Assembly: GCA_964518705.1 (NCBI GenBank)
Contig: CAZFGV010000005.1
Location: 43,676-107,675, forward strand
Direction: 5' to 3'
Length of the DNA: 64,000 nt
Source of the DNA: an uncultured Bacteroides sp.
Lineage (GTDB): Bacteria; Bacteroidota; Bacteroidia; Bacteroidales; Muribaculaceae
The notes beneath the pieces were generated by a model that saw only the letters and a list, made by a program, of their open reading frames with translations, did not search any database and was not told where the DNA came from. A program made the translations under genes and the position numbers. Shown in pieces: positions 55,356-64,000 of this stretch. How positions within the stretch are numbered: the first letter of the stretch is position 1; every line of letters begins with the position of its first letter.

Positions 55356-58217
55356 TCAATACCACTTAATGCCGTTAGTTAACGACGAACGCTTGTCATA
55401 CTTCAAGTCTGACAACATCGATGACTTAACAGAAATGTGGAAATTATAGCTCTTATACGGACCCACAGGCACAAACGATGCTCGCATAGAGAAACAGTGC
55501 AAATCTCGCGATACGTTGCAATTCATATACGCAATTTTGTGAGTATCAAAATTATACGACGCAGAGAACGAGAAATTCCAATTCGGTGTTGGGCGGATAT
55601 TTCCGCTAAACGACAAGTTTTGTGTTATCTTGCCATCATACTCCAATTTCTCCTTATTGAACGTGCCATAGCCATAGTTTACCGAATAATTCAGCGTCAA
55701 GCTCCAAGGCACTGACCATGCAGCATAGCCATCTTTGCCATATTGCACATCATCATCGCCTGACGAATCATTCATACTATCTCGTCGATTCTGATCTTGT
55801 TGTGCGCCGCTATCAGGATCATCTTTCTTATTCGGATCGTCCTTTGTATCTTTGCGTTTAAATGTGTCGTTATTAAACGTATACGAGAACGACGTGCCTG
55901 TTCGCATAAGTTTAGCAAAGCCTTTACCGGCTTGCAAACGTGTGCGGTCTACTTTCACGGGGGAGCCGGATGAATTAAGCTGATAGGTATAGGGGTCCCA
56001 TGTTGCTGACAAGTTTAGATTGAAACTCTTTGTCAAACGCAACATCAACGACGTGTTGATATCGCTCCAACGCAATGAGTCGGCGGCGAAATTATAGCTC
56101 TGCTGAATATTCAAATTCTCTATGAGCGATATTTTCTTTTCACCGATAGAGTCGTTGTCGCTCTTAACTTTCATTTCTACATTATTAGAAAGCGACAGAC
56201 TCACCGATCCTGTCGAACCTTGACCGGGCACGCCGAACAACGAACCTTGGAATTTGCTATACTTGCGTATTTGTTCTTGGCCACGGCTGTCGGTATAGGC
56301 ATAGCTACCATAGTAGCCGAAGAAGGGCGACGAGAAGTCGGGGGATGCACTGAAACTGATTGATGGGGTCAACACGTGACGTATCATCTTAACCTTATCG
56401 CCCAAGAATGGCAGCGGCTGGAAGAAACCGTAGATTTTAGTATCAAGTGACACCGATGCGGAGAAGTCCCATACGTTATAGAAGCCGTATGTTGTATCCA
56501 TGCGTTCCTTTCCTCGTTCTGCGTCCCAACTGCGATTAATCTTGTTGGTATACATTCGGTCGTTAAGATTTATTGACGGCGTAATGTTGATATAATTAAA
56601 CACATTAAAGGTTGCCGACACTGGCACCTTGTGGCTCATACCGTTACGCCAGTCCTTTATTAGACTCTTCTTGAAAAATTCGTCTTGCTTTGCCGTAAGT
56701 GAGTTTTGCAAAATACCGGTATACGATAGCTTGATTTTCTCGTACCATTTAGCTTCGCCGACAGCTTTTTTGCGTTTAAAGGGATAAATTTGTGACAGCG
56801 AAGCTGTTACGTTTGGGAACGATACGGTCAACGTTGAGTCTTGCGTACGCTGTGCTACGTTGAAGGTTGTTGACAAGCTCCACTTTGTATTAGGTATTCG
56901 ATAAGTCATATTGACCGTCGAACTCTTGGTATTTTCTGTAAATGACGATGAGTAATACGATCCGAGGTCGTTACGAGAATAGCCTGACGTTGTGAAGTTT
57001 ACGCTCGCGGACAAGGACATATTAGGATTCGCCTTGCTATCTTGGCTATGACTCCACAAAACTTGGAAGTTAGTTTGCTGAGCATAGTCAGGACTGCCTT
57101 TTTCGCCGGTGATGGTTTTCAAGTAGCTGATATCGAAGTTACCGGAATATTTATAACGTTTGGCGTATGTCGAACTTGCGCTGAGACCCCATGAACCTTT
57201 GGTGTAAATTTCACCGGTTAGTGCTAAGTCGATATTATCGGAGATAGCGAAGTAGTAACCACCGTCACTTAGATAGAAACCGCGATTATAGTCATCACCG
57301 AAAGTTGGCACGATGATACCTGAGGCATATGAGTCGGTGAAGGGGAAGTAGCCGAACGGAACGGCAAGCGGCAAGGGTAAGCCGGCAAGAACCATATACG
57401 CCGGGCCGGTGACTACATTTTTTCCGGGGCGTACTTTTGCTTTGGTCAAATGAAATCCGAAGTGAGGATGGTCGTGATGGTCACAGGTTGTATAAAAACC
57501 GTCTTTGATGTAAAAATCTTTACCTACGTCTTTCTTTGTCGTGCCACCGGTGAGATAGCCTTCGCCTTGTTGGGTCACAACATTGGTTATGAAACCTTTC
57601 TCGCTCTTGAAATTATAGCGCATTGTTGCGGCCTCATATTCGGTATCTCCTTCGCTAAAGATGGGTTTACCCTGCTCGATGCCTGTGCTATCTTTTTGTC
57701 CGACAGCATAGACGGTGTTGTTATTCAAATCCATCTCGATACGTGCTGCATCGAGTTTGATTTCGCCATAGCTCACTGACGCTGCTCCGTACATAAACGC
57801 TGAATCGCGACCGATAACAAACATAGAGTCGGTTGCTGAAAAGTTTACAGCGCTTTCCAAATCGGTTTTTTGATAACGCATACGACTAGGCTTGCCGGAG
57901 GGCGTGGTCGGTTTTTTAATTACGCTATCGCCGATAATGCTATCTAGTAGAACTTTCGAAACAAGGCTATCTGATAACGCTGATGTATCGGTTTCTACAA
58001 CTTCCTTAATAGTGTCAACAATAATTTCTTCAAGAATTGTGTCGACGCGCTCTCGGCTTTGCTTGGGGGTGTCTACGGGTGCATAATTCTCCGACACAAT
58101 ATCCCTAACTGTTTTACTATCAACACTTCGAACATTATGCAACAAAGTACATCCTGTCGTGCCGATTCCGCACAACAAGACGAACACTATTGTTATATAT
58201 ATTAGTATTGACTTCAA
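55356..58217 (-). CDS. LptD-like LPS-assembly outer-membrane protein (bacteroidete type)
   Basis: 953 aa with signal/lipobox GTTGC, an OstA-like N-region (YGEIKLDAARIEMDLNNNTVYA) and a long beta-barrel-like C-region ending in an aromatic residue (GIKWY). Confidence 0.6.
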   Translation of the reverse strand: MKSILIYITIVFVLLCGIGTTGCTLLHNVRSVDSKTVRDIVSENYAPVDTPKQSRERVDTILEEIIVDTIKEVVETDTSALSDSLVSKVLLDSIIGDSVIKKPTTPSGKPSRMRYQKTDLESAVNFSATDSMFVIGRDSAFMYGAASVSYGEIKLDAARIEMDLNNNTVYAVGQKDSTGIEQGKPIFSEGDTEYEAATMRYNFKSEKGFITNVVTQQGEGYLTGGTTKKDVGKDFYIKDGFYTTCDHHDHPHFGFHLTKAKVRPGKNVVTGPAYMVLAGLPLPLAVPFGYFPFTDSYASGIIVPTFGDDYNRGFYLSDGGYYFAISDNIDLALTGEIYTKGSWGLSASSTYAKRYKYSGNFDISYLKTITGEKGSPDYAQQTNFQVLWSHSQDSKANPNMSLSASVNFTTSGYSRNDLGSYYSSSFTENTKSSTVNMTYRIPNTKWSLSTTFNVAQRTQDSTLTVSFPNVTASLSQIYPFKRKKAVGEAKWYEKIKLSYTGILQNSLTAKQDEFFKKSLIKDWRNGMSHKVPVSATFNVFNYINITPSINLNDRMYTNKINRSWDAERGKERMDTTYGFYNVWDFSASVSLDTKIYGFFQPLPFLGDKVKMIRHVLTPSISFSASPDFSSPFFGYYGSYAYTDSRGQEQIRKYSKFQGSLFGVPGQGSTGSVSLSLSNNVEMKVKSDNDSIGEKKISLIENLNIQQSYNFAADSLRWSDINTSLMLRLTKSFNLNLSATWDPYTYQLNSSGSPVKVDRTRLQAGKGFAKLMRTGTSFSYTFNNDTFKRKDTKDDPNKKDDPDSGAQQDQNRRDSMNDSSGDDDVQYGKDGYAAWSVPWSLTLNYSVNYGYGTFNKEKLEYDGKITQNLSFSGNIRPTPNWNFSFSASYNFDTHKIAYMNCNVSRDLHCFSMRASFVPVGPYKSYNFHISVKSSMLSDLKYDKRSSLTNGIKWY

Positions 58218-58338
58218 AGAAGTGATAATGCCGGTTATTAGTCAGCAAAATTACAAAAAAACTCTCACACGCCATATACAATTACATGATTTTAACTCAT
58301 GTAATCATATAAGAATGTCCTTTACCGACTCTTTTGTG

Positions 58339-60171
58339 TCAAAATGGGAACACAATTGGAATTACGAATATCATAATAATGCCCAAAAGAATCTGCAACG
58401 GAGCGCCTACTCGCAAGTAATCGGTAAAAGAGTAACCTCCGGCTGTCATTACAAGCGCATTTGGCGGTGTTGAGAAAGGCGATGCAAAACATAGCGACGC
58501 TCCGAAGCTAACAGCGAAAAGGAATGGCAATGGGCTAACGCCATACGCGATAGCACTCTGCAACGCTATCGGAGCCATCAGAACGGCGGTGGCGGTGTTT
58601 GAGATAAACAAGGTCATGATTGACGTCGCAAAGAAGATGCCGGCAAGGAGCCAGTGGCTGCCCATTGAGCCGAAGAACGAAACCAAATTTGACGAAAAAA
58701 TTTCGCTGACTCCGGTTTTTTCTAGTGCCAAACTCATGGGCATCATTGCGGCGATAAGGACTATCGACTCCCAATTCATCGTTTTATAAGCATCGGCTAC
58801 AGAGCGGAAACAGCCACAAAGAACCATCAATACAGCTGCCAACATCACCGTTAACACCGCCGGAATAAAGTCGAGAACCAGCGCAATAATCATTGCAACC
58901 ATAATCGCTGCCGTGAGCGGAGCCTTATAGTCGAGAGTTACTGCTGCCGCTTGGCTTGCCGGCTGTCCGAGTACCACCCATTTACGAGTGTCTCGGCTTA
59001 GTTGCTCTATATCAGACCATGTTCCTTGCACAAGAAGCACATCCGACGATTTGAGGGTCAAATCTTTAAGGTCGGCGGTGATGAATTCTTTTCCACGACG
59101 AACTCCTAAGATATTAAGATTAAATCGATTTCGGAAATCAAGCGAGGCTACAGTGCCTTTAAGCAATGATGAGTCGAGCGGAATGATTTCTGCCAAACCG
59201 ATATCGTAAAACGCTAAATTACGTCGTGTTTGTTCTTGATTGGTATCAAATTGCAAGCCATATTCGGCTGCAAAACGTTCTACTCCTTGTTGGGGACCGC
59301 GAACAAAGAGAATATCACCCGACGCTACTGTCGAGGCTGCTGTAGGTGCTTGTTGAGATACATTTTTCAAAATGCCGCTACCTCGGTCGGTACGAAGTTC
59401 CAACACATCGAGGCCGTAATTGCTTCTGAGCGCCAATGACCCTAAGCTCAAGCCTTTGATTGCTGATGTGCGAGGTACATCAACACGCCACAAGTCTTTA
59501 TTTAGTTGATATTCTTCGACCAACTTTGAAAGCGAACGTCCATCGGCGTCAAAATTCTTTTTAGATTCATCTCTACCTTTGACAAGCCAACGGCTCATAG
59601 GAACGAGCAATAAAGTGCCCACAACAAGGCATATAACACCTGCGGGGAAGAAGGTAAACATTGTGAGCGGTTCGCCGCCATGTGCTTCCCACACTTCGGC
59701 AATAACAAGGTTGGGAGGTGTGCCGATAAGTGTCAACATACCGCCCATGCTTGACGCAAACGCCATAGGCATAAGGTAACGCGCCGGACTCGTTGATGTC
59801 GCTGCAGCCATTGACACAACAATGGGCATCATCAACGCTACTGTACCGGTATTACTAACAAAGCCGCCGATAAGACCTGTTGCCAACACAACAACAAGGA
59901 ACAATTTAACAGGGCTATCCCCGCCCAAGTGGGTCAGTTTTGTACCTATACTCTTGGCCAAACCGGAATTAAATACGCCGCCGCCTACGACAAATAGGCA
60001 AGCCATCATTATCACTGTTGCATTAGAAAATCCCGACAGCGCTTCTTGAACGGTAAGGATACCTGAGCAAGAAAGTATCAACAAAGCAATAAGAGCGACG
60101 ACATCGGCGCGAATCCGGCCCCATACGAACATTACAGCTGCAAAGGCCAAGGTTATAAGTGTCAATATCAT
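58339..60171 (-). CDS. SLC13/DASS-family permease with two central TrkA-C (RCK-C) domains
   Basis: Start trimmed to MILTLITLAFAAV at 60171. Polytopic halves flank two TrkA-C-like segments (GLSLGSLALRSNYGLDVLEL..., GTVASLDFRNRFNLNILGV...). Confidence 0.8.
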   Translation of the reverse strand: MILTLITLAFAAVMFVWGRIRADVVALIALLILSCSGILTVQEALSGFSNATVIMMACLFVVGGGVFNSGLAKSIGTKLTHLGGDSPVKLFLVVVLATGLIGGFVSNTGTVALMMPIVVSMAAATSTSPARYLMPMAFASSMGGMLTLIGTPPNLVIAEVWEAHGGEPLTMFTFFPAGVICLVVGTLLLVPMSRWLVKGRDESKKNFDADGRSLSKLVEEYQLNKDLWRVDVPRTSAIKGLSLGSLALRSNYGLDVLELRTDRGSGILKNVSQQAPTAASTVASGDILFVRGPQQGVERFAAEYGLQFDTNQEQTRRNLAFYDIGLAEIIPLDSSLLKGTVASLDFRNRFNLNILGVRRGKEFITADLKDLTLKSSDVLLVQGTWSDIEQLSRDTRKWVVLGQPASQAAAVTLDYKAPLTAAIMVAMIIALVLDFIPAVLTVMLAAVLMVLCGCFRSVADAYKTMNWESIVLIAAMMPMSLALEKTGVSEIFSSNLVSFFGSMGSHWLLAGIFFATSIMTLFISNTATAVLMAPIALQSAIAYGVSPLPFLFAVSFGASLCFASPFSTPPNALVMTAGGYSFTDYLRVGAPLQILLGIIMIFVIPIVFPF

Positions 60172-60193
60172 ATGTGTGTATATAATTTTAATG

Positions 60194-60201
60194 CAAAGAT
60201 A
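60194..60201 (-). promoter_or_regulatory. candidate -7 box (TATCTTTG on minus strand) for the SLC13 gene
   Basis: Matches TAnnTTTG about 25 nt upstream of the ATG at 60171. Confidence 0.3.
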
Positions 60202-60238
60202 CGATTTTCGGCTTGTATACGCAACAATATATAAACAG

Positions 60239-60273
60239 CAAAACGGCTCGCGGAGTTTCCACGAGCCGTTTTT
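60239..60273 (-). terminator. rho-independent terminator after rplQ
   Basis: AAAACGGCTCG / CGAGCCGTTTT stem on the minus strand, 17 nt after the rplQ stop. Confidence 0.7.
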
Positions 60274-60289
60274 ATTGAAGGATTGTTGA

Positions 60290-60775
60290 TTATTCAGCTG
60301 ATTCTTCAGCAACAGGAGCTTCAGCAGCGGGAGCTTCGGTAGCTTCGGCAGCAGCTTTTGTTTTGCGGCTGCGGCGAGTCTTGGTCTTAGCTTCTGCTTT
60401 GTCCTTGAGCATTGCTTCGTTGTAGTCTACAAGTTCGATGAAGCACATCTTGGCATTGTCACCAAGACGGTTACCGGTCTTGAGAATACGGGTGTAGCCA
60501 CCCTGACGGTTAGCGATTTTTTCTGCTACTTCCTGGAAGAGAACCTTAACGGCTTCTTTGTTCTGAAGGTAGCTGAAAACAACGCGGCGGTTGACCATAG
60601 TGTCTTCCTTTGCACGGTTGATCAGGGGCTCTGCATATACGCGGAGAGCTTTGGCCTTGGCAAGTGTCGTGAAAATGCGCTTGTGCATGATCAGCGATAC
60701 TGTCATGTTAGCCAACAGAGAGCCACGGTGTGCAGCTTTGCGGCTAAGGTGGTTAAACGATTTATTGTGTCGCAT
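60290..60775 (-). CDS. rplQ: 50S ribosomal protein L17
   Basis: [17 protein letters not shown]... with an A/E-rich C-tail. Follows rpoA. Confidence 0.95.
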   Translation of the reverse strand: MRHNKSFNHLSRKAAHRGSLLANMTVSLIMHKRIFTTLAKAKALRVYAEPLINRAKEDTMVNRRVVFSYLQNKEAVKVLFQEVAEKIANRQGGYTRILKTGNRLGDNAKMCFIELVDYNEAMLKDKAEAKTKTRRSRKTKAAAEATEAPAAEAPVAEESAE

Positions 60776-60780
60776 CGGGC

Positions 60781-61773
60781 TTATTCTTTATCAAGTTTGT
60801 ATTTCGAAATATCCATGCCGAAGGAGAGGTTGAGGCTGTTGAGCAGTTCCTCGAGCTCCACCAGCGATTTCTTACCAAAGTTACGGAACTTCAGCAGATC
60901 GGTTTTGTTGAATACCACCAATTCGGCAAGTGTTTCCACTTCGGCGCTCTTAAGACAGTTAAGAGCTCGTACCGATAGCTGCATGTCAACGAGTTTAGAC
61001 TTCAGAAGTTGACGCATGTGCAATACTTCTTCATCAAACTCTTCGCCGGGGTCAACCTCGGTTGTCTCAAGTGTGATCTTCTCATCTGAGAACAGCATGA
61101 AGTGATAGATAAGAATCTTGGCTGCTTCTTTTACTGCTTCTTTGGGAAGAATTGAGCCGTTTGTGGTGATTTCGAGGGTGAGTTTGTCGTAGTCGGTTTT
61201 CTGGTCTACGCGGTAGTTTTCGACCGTGTATTTGACGTTCTTAATCGGGGTGTAGATTGAGTCGATTGCGATTGTTTCAATGTCATCTTGAGGAGTAACA
61301 TTTTCTTCTGCAGGAACCCATCCACGACCTTTATTGATTGTCAGGACGATGTTGAAACTTGCGTCGGGATCCAAATGACAAATTACCAAGTCGGGGTTCA
61401 TTACCTCGAATGAAGAGAGTGACTTGGATATGTCGCCGGCTGTGAACACTTCTTTACCTGAAACGGTTATGCTGACACGTTCGGTATCGGTTTCTTCAAC
61501 CTTTTGTTTCAAGTCTACTTGTTTGAGGTTCAGGATGATGTTTGTTACATCCTCCTTTACGCCGGGAACGGCATCAAATTCGCTTTTTACACCGTCGATG
61601 CGAATCGACGAGATAGCGTAGCCCTCTAACGACGAGAGCAACACACGACGTAGGGCATTGCCTACGGTGATGCCATAGCCGGGTTCCAAAGGCTTGAACT
61701 CGAATTTGCCGTAGAAGTTGGTCGCTTCTAACATTACAACCTCTTCAGGTTTTTGGAATGCTAATATAGCCAT
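60781..61773 (-). CDS. rpoA: DNA-directed RNA polymerase subunit alpha
   Basis: 330 aa with PLEPGYG.T.GNALRR and the C-terminal domain motif [10 protein letters not shown]. Confidence 0.95.
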   Translation of the reverse strand: MAILAFQKPEEVVMLEATNFYGKFEFKPLEPGYGITVGNALRRVLLSSLEGYAISSIRIDGVKSEFDAVPGVKEDVTNIILNLKQVDLKQKVEETDTERVSITVSGKEVFTAGDISKSLSSFEVMNPDLVICHLDPDASFNIVLTINKGRGWVPAEENVTPQDDIETIAIDSIYTPIKNVKYTVENYRVDQKTDYDKLTLEITTNGSILPKEAVKEAAKILIYHFMLFSDEKITLETTEVDPGEEFDEEVLHMRQLLKSKLVDMQLSVRALNCLKSAEVETLAELVVFNKTDLLKFRNFGKKSLVELEELLNSLNLSFGMDISKYKLDKE

Positions 61774-61795
61774 GGATCTTTAGTATTGGATATTA

Positions 61796-62401
61796 TTACT
61801 TAGAGTAGAGCTCGACAATCAGCTGCTCCTTGATGTTTTCGGGAATGTCTTCGCGGGCAGGTACGTGAAGGAACTTGCCTGAACGGGTTGTTTCATCCCA
61901 TTCGATCCAAGGATATTTGCTGTGGTTGAAACCTGCAAGTGCGTCAGCGATTACTTCGAGTGATTTGCTACGTTCGCGTACACCGATGATGTCGCCGGGA
62001 AGTACGTGATATGATGCAATATTTACTACTGAACCGTTTACTACAATGTGACGGTGGAGTACCAACTGACGTGCTGCGGCACGAGTGGGTGCAATACCAA
62101 GGCGATATACTACGTTATCGAGGCGGCTCTCAAGAAGCTGAAGTAGAATTTCACCGGTAATACCCTTCATGCTCGATGCTTTCTTGAACAAGTTCGAGAA
62201 CTGACGTTCGAGTACACCATAGGTGTATTTTGCTTTTTGCTTCTCACGTAGCTGGCTGCCGTATTCACTGGTTTTGCGGCGTTTGTTAGCTCCGTGCTGA
62301 CCCGGGGGGAAATTGCGACGGGCCAATACTTTGTCTTCGCCGAAGATGGGTTCGCCGAAACGACGGGCTATTTTGGTCTTGGGACCTGTGTATCTTGCCA
62401 T
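61796..62401 (-). CDS. rpsD: 30S ribosomal protein S4
   Basis: [20 protein letters not shown]... 201 aa. Confidence 0.95.
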   Translation of the reverse strand: MARYTGPKTKIARRFGEPIFGEDKVLARRNFPPGQHGANKRRKTSEYGSQLREKQKAKYTYGVLERQFSNLFKKASSMKGITGEILLQLLESRLDNVVYRLGIAPTRAAARQLVLHRHIVVNGSVVNIASYHVLPGDIIGVRERSKSLEVIADALAGFNHSKYPWIEWDETTRSGKFLHVPAREDIPENIKEQLIVELYSK

Positions 62402-62603
62402 GTTTTTTATCAGTTTTCGTCGGTGCTTGGGTGCTTACCTGCGGGCCTTTGTGGCGCAGCCGCGACCATAGAGAGGTGAATGATATATGGTCTTTTCGCC
62501 ACTCAGGGGCGGGTTAAGCTCGCGGGCCGACGCGTTGATGTTTGGGGTTGACTAAAAGTTGAAAGTTACTTCCCTGCGGCTGTTGCCGCAGAGATTGAAC
62601 ATA
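62402..62603 (-). promoter_or_regulatory. GC-rich structured spacer, candidate S4 (rpsD) autoregulatory leader
   Basis: A 202-nt gap between rpsK and rpsD, versus 5-22 nt between the other genes of this operon. Hairpin CTGCGGC-tgtt-GCCGCAG at 62574-62591, plus further GC-rich complementary segments (GGCCCGCG..., GCGGCTGCGCC...). Confidence 0.4.
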
Positions 62604-62993
62604 TTATACGCGGCGACGTTTGGGAGGACGGCATCCGTTATGGGGTAGCGGAGTAACGTCAATAATTTCTGTTACTTTGATGCCTGCGCCATCGATGGTA
62701 CGTACTGCGCTTTCACGACCGTTACCGGGGCCTTTGAGGTAAGCTTTTACCTTGCGGAGACCGAGGTCATAAGCAATCTTTGCACAATCTTGTGCTGCCA
62801 TCTGTGCTGCGTAGGGAGTGTTCTTTTTGCTACCACGGAAGCCCATCTTGCCGGCGCTTGACCAGCTGATTACCTGGCCTTCGCTGTTGGCTAAGCACAC
62901 GATGATGTTGTTGAACGAAGAATGTACGTGAAGCTGGCCTTCTGCACCAACTTTAACGTTACGTTTCTTTGCTGCGACTGTCTTTTTTGCCAT
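62604..62993 (-). CDS. rpsK: 30S ribosomal protein S11
   Basis: 129 aa with [14 protein letters not shown]...GFRGSKK.TPYAAQ. Confidence 0.95.
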   Translation of the reverse strand: MAKKTVAAKKRNVKVGAEGQLHVHSSFNNIIVCLANSEGQVISWSSAGKMGFRGSKKNTPYAAQMAAQDCAKIAYDLGLRKVKAYLKGPGNGRESAVRTIDGAGIKVTEIIDVTPLPHNGCRPPKRRRV

Positions 62994-63001
62994 GTCAGTA
63001 T

Positions 63002-63382
63002 TTATTTAGTAGCTTTCTTCTTGTTAGCAACGGTTTTCTTGCGACCCTTGCGTGTGCGTGCATTGTTCTTTGTGCTCTGGCCGCGGACGGGGAGACCGTT
63101 ACGGTGACGGATGCCACGGTAGCAACCGATATCCATCAAACGCTTGATGTTGAGCTGGATTTCGCTGCGGAGGTCACCTTCTACCTTATATTCCTGGCCG
63201 ATTACTTCACGAACCTTTGCTGCTTCGTCGTCGGTCCAGTCCTGTACTTTGGTGTTGACGTCAACACCTGCTTTTGACAGGATGGTGCGAGCTGAGCTGC
63301 GACCAATGCCGAAGATGTAGGTCAAGGCGATTTCACCTCTTTTGTTCTGAGGGAGGTCAACTCCCACTATTCTGACTGCCAT
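63002..63382 (-). CDS. rpsM: 30S ribosomal protein S13
   Basis: [27 protein letters not shown]... 126 aa. Confidence 0.95.
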   Translation of the reverse strand: MAVRIVGVDLPQNKRGEIALTYIFGIGRSSARTILSKAGVDVNTKVQDWTDDEAAKVREVIGQEYKVEGDLRSEIQLNIKRLMDIGCYRGIRHRNGLPVRGQSTKNNARTRKGRKKTVANKKKATK

Positions 63383-63388
63383 ATCTTG

Positions 63389-63505
63389 TTATCCTTGACG
63401 TTGTTTGTATTTGGGGTTTTTCTTGTTGATGACGTAAAGACGTCCTTTACGACGGACGATCTTGCTGTCCGGTGTACGTTTCTTCACCGATGCTCTTACT
63501 TTCAT
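63389..63505 (-). CDS. rpmJ: 50S ribosomal protein L36
   Basis: Not in the ORF track because it is under 60 aa. My translation is [38 protein letters not shown]-stop. Confidence 0.9.
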   Translation of the reverse strand: MKVRASVKKRTPDSKIVRRKGRLYVINKKNPKYKQRQG

Positions 63506-63525
63506 ATCTTTTAGTTTGTGCGTTT

Positions 63526-63744
63526 TTATTTGTAGCGGAAAGCAATTCGTCCTTTTGACAGGTCATATGGGGTCATTTCTACGCGCACCTTATCGCCGGG
63601 TAAGATTTTGATATAATGCATACGCATTTTACCTGAGATGTGGGCGGTGATTTCATGACCATTCTCGAGCTCTACGCGAAACATTGCGTTGGAGAGTGCT
63701 TCGATGATTGTCCCGTCTTGTTCGATTGCTGATTGTTTTGCCAT
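63526..63744 (-). CDS. infA: translation initiation factor IF-1
   Basis: Start trimmed to [17 protein letters not shown]... 72 aa, S1-like fold sequence. Confidence 0.95.
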   Translation of the reverse strand: MAKQSAIEQDGTIIEALSNAMFRVELENGHEITAHISGKMRMHYIKILPGDKVRVEMTPYDLSKGRIAFRYK

Positions 63745-63760
63745 ATGAGTGGTAATGGTG

Positions 63761-64000
63761 TTAAATAAATTTATCCGGTATTGCCTCTTTGATATAATCA
63801 AATGTGGTGAGAGGTTGAGCTACGCCGTCGATCACTGCTAATGTGTGTTCGTAGTGGGCCGACGGTTTGCCGTCGCGGGTGCGACAATCCCAGCCATTTG
63901 ATGAGATTACGATGTTGCGGCTGCCCATATTTACCATGGGTTCGATACAAAAGCACAAGCCTTCTTGAATTCGCGGGCCTATGCCACGACGTCCGTAATT
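63761..64000 (-). CDS. map: type I methionine aminopeptidase, C-terminal part (5' end outside window)
   Basis: ...[10 protein letters not shown]...SAHYEHT... metal-ligand motifs. The frame is open to the window edge. Canonical position before infA. Confidence 0.85.
   Translation of the reverse strand, partial: NYGRRGIGPRIQEGLCFCIEPMVNMGSRNIVISSNGWDCRTRDGKPSAHYEHTLAVIDGVAQPLTTFDYIKEAIPDKFI

Noticed and set aside
60172-60312. N-terminal 47-aa extension of the SLC13 permease ORF overlapping rplQ
   Set aside because: The extension runs through the rplQ terminator and into the rplQ coding end. The ATG at 60171 gives a normal hydrophobic N-terminus and is preceded by a TAnnTTTG box.
62294-62479. 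61-aa ORF (+) across the rpsD start and GC-rich spacer
   Set aside because: It is antisense to rpsD and has no start context. The region is better explained as a structured leader.

Overview
This window looks like a Bacteroidales (Bacteroidota) chromosome segment. It has TAnnTTTG-type -7 promoter boxes, many lipoproteins and a SusC/SusD locus. Most of it is core: a NUDIX hydrolase, pgi and murI; an envelope-biogenesis block (lipoprotein, PorG-like barrel, uppS, bamA, two ompH); xpt-pbuX; lysC; OstA-like and SurA-like genes; an S9 peptidase; a feoAB fusion; pyrE; an LptD-like gene; an SLC13 permease; and the ribosomal alpha-operon end (map, infA, rpmJ, rpsM, rpsK, rpsD, rpoA, rplQ). Two accessory blocks stand out. 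(1) 10231-18608 (-) is a five-gene type V (Mfa/Fim-like) pilus-type operon. Its two largest subunits fuse a fimbrillin-like N-domain to duplicated GLUG/beta-helix modules. The operon is bracketed by a CTTTGG/CTATGG-rich composite repeat family present in inverted orientation on its two sides, and its promoter-proximal genes are visibly more AT-rich than the flanks. This is my best candidate for an undescribed system. (2) 21569-36616 (-) is a beta-glucan-type polysaccharide utilization locus (SusC/D, SGBP, GH16, GH5, two GH3) with a membrane-anchored TPR plus HTH regulator instead of a hybrid two-component sensor. Smaller items: a long structured leader or sRNA candidate upstream of xpt that is not a purine riboswitch; a GC-rich candidate S4 leader upstream of rpsD; an SRPBCC-lipoprotein-SGNH-MBOAT operon; and a decayed GIN-domain gene. 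I found no rRNA, tRNA, CRISPR array, transposase or integrase. All calls come from reading the sequence and translations only; no searches were run.
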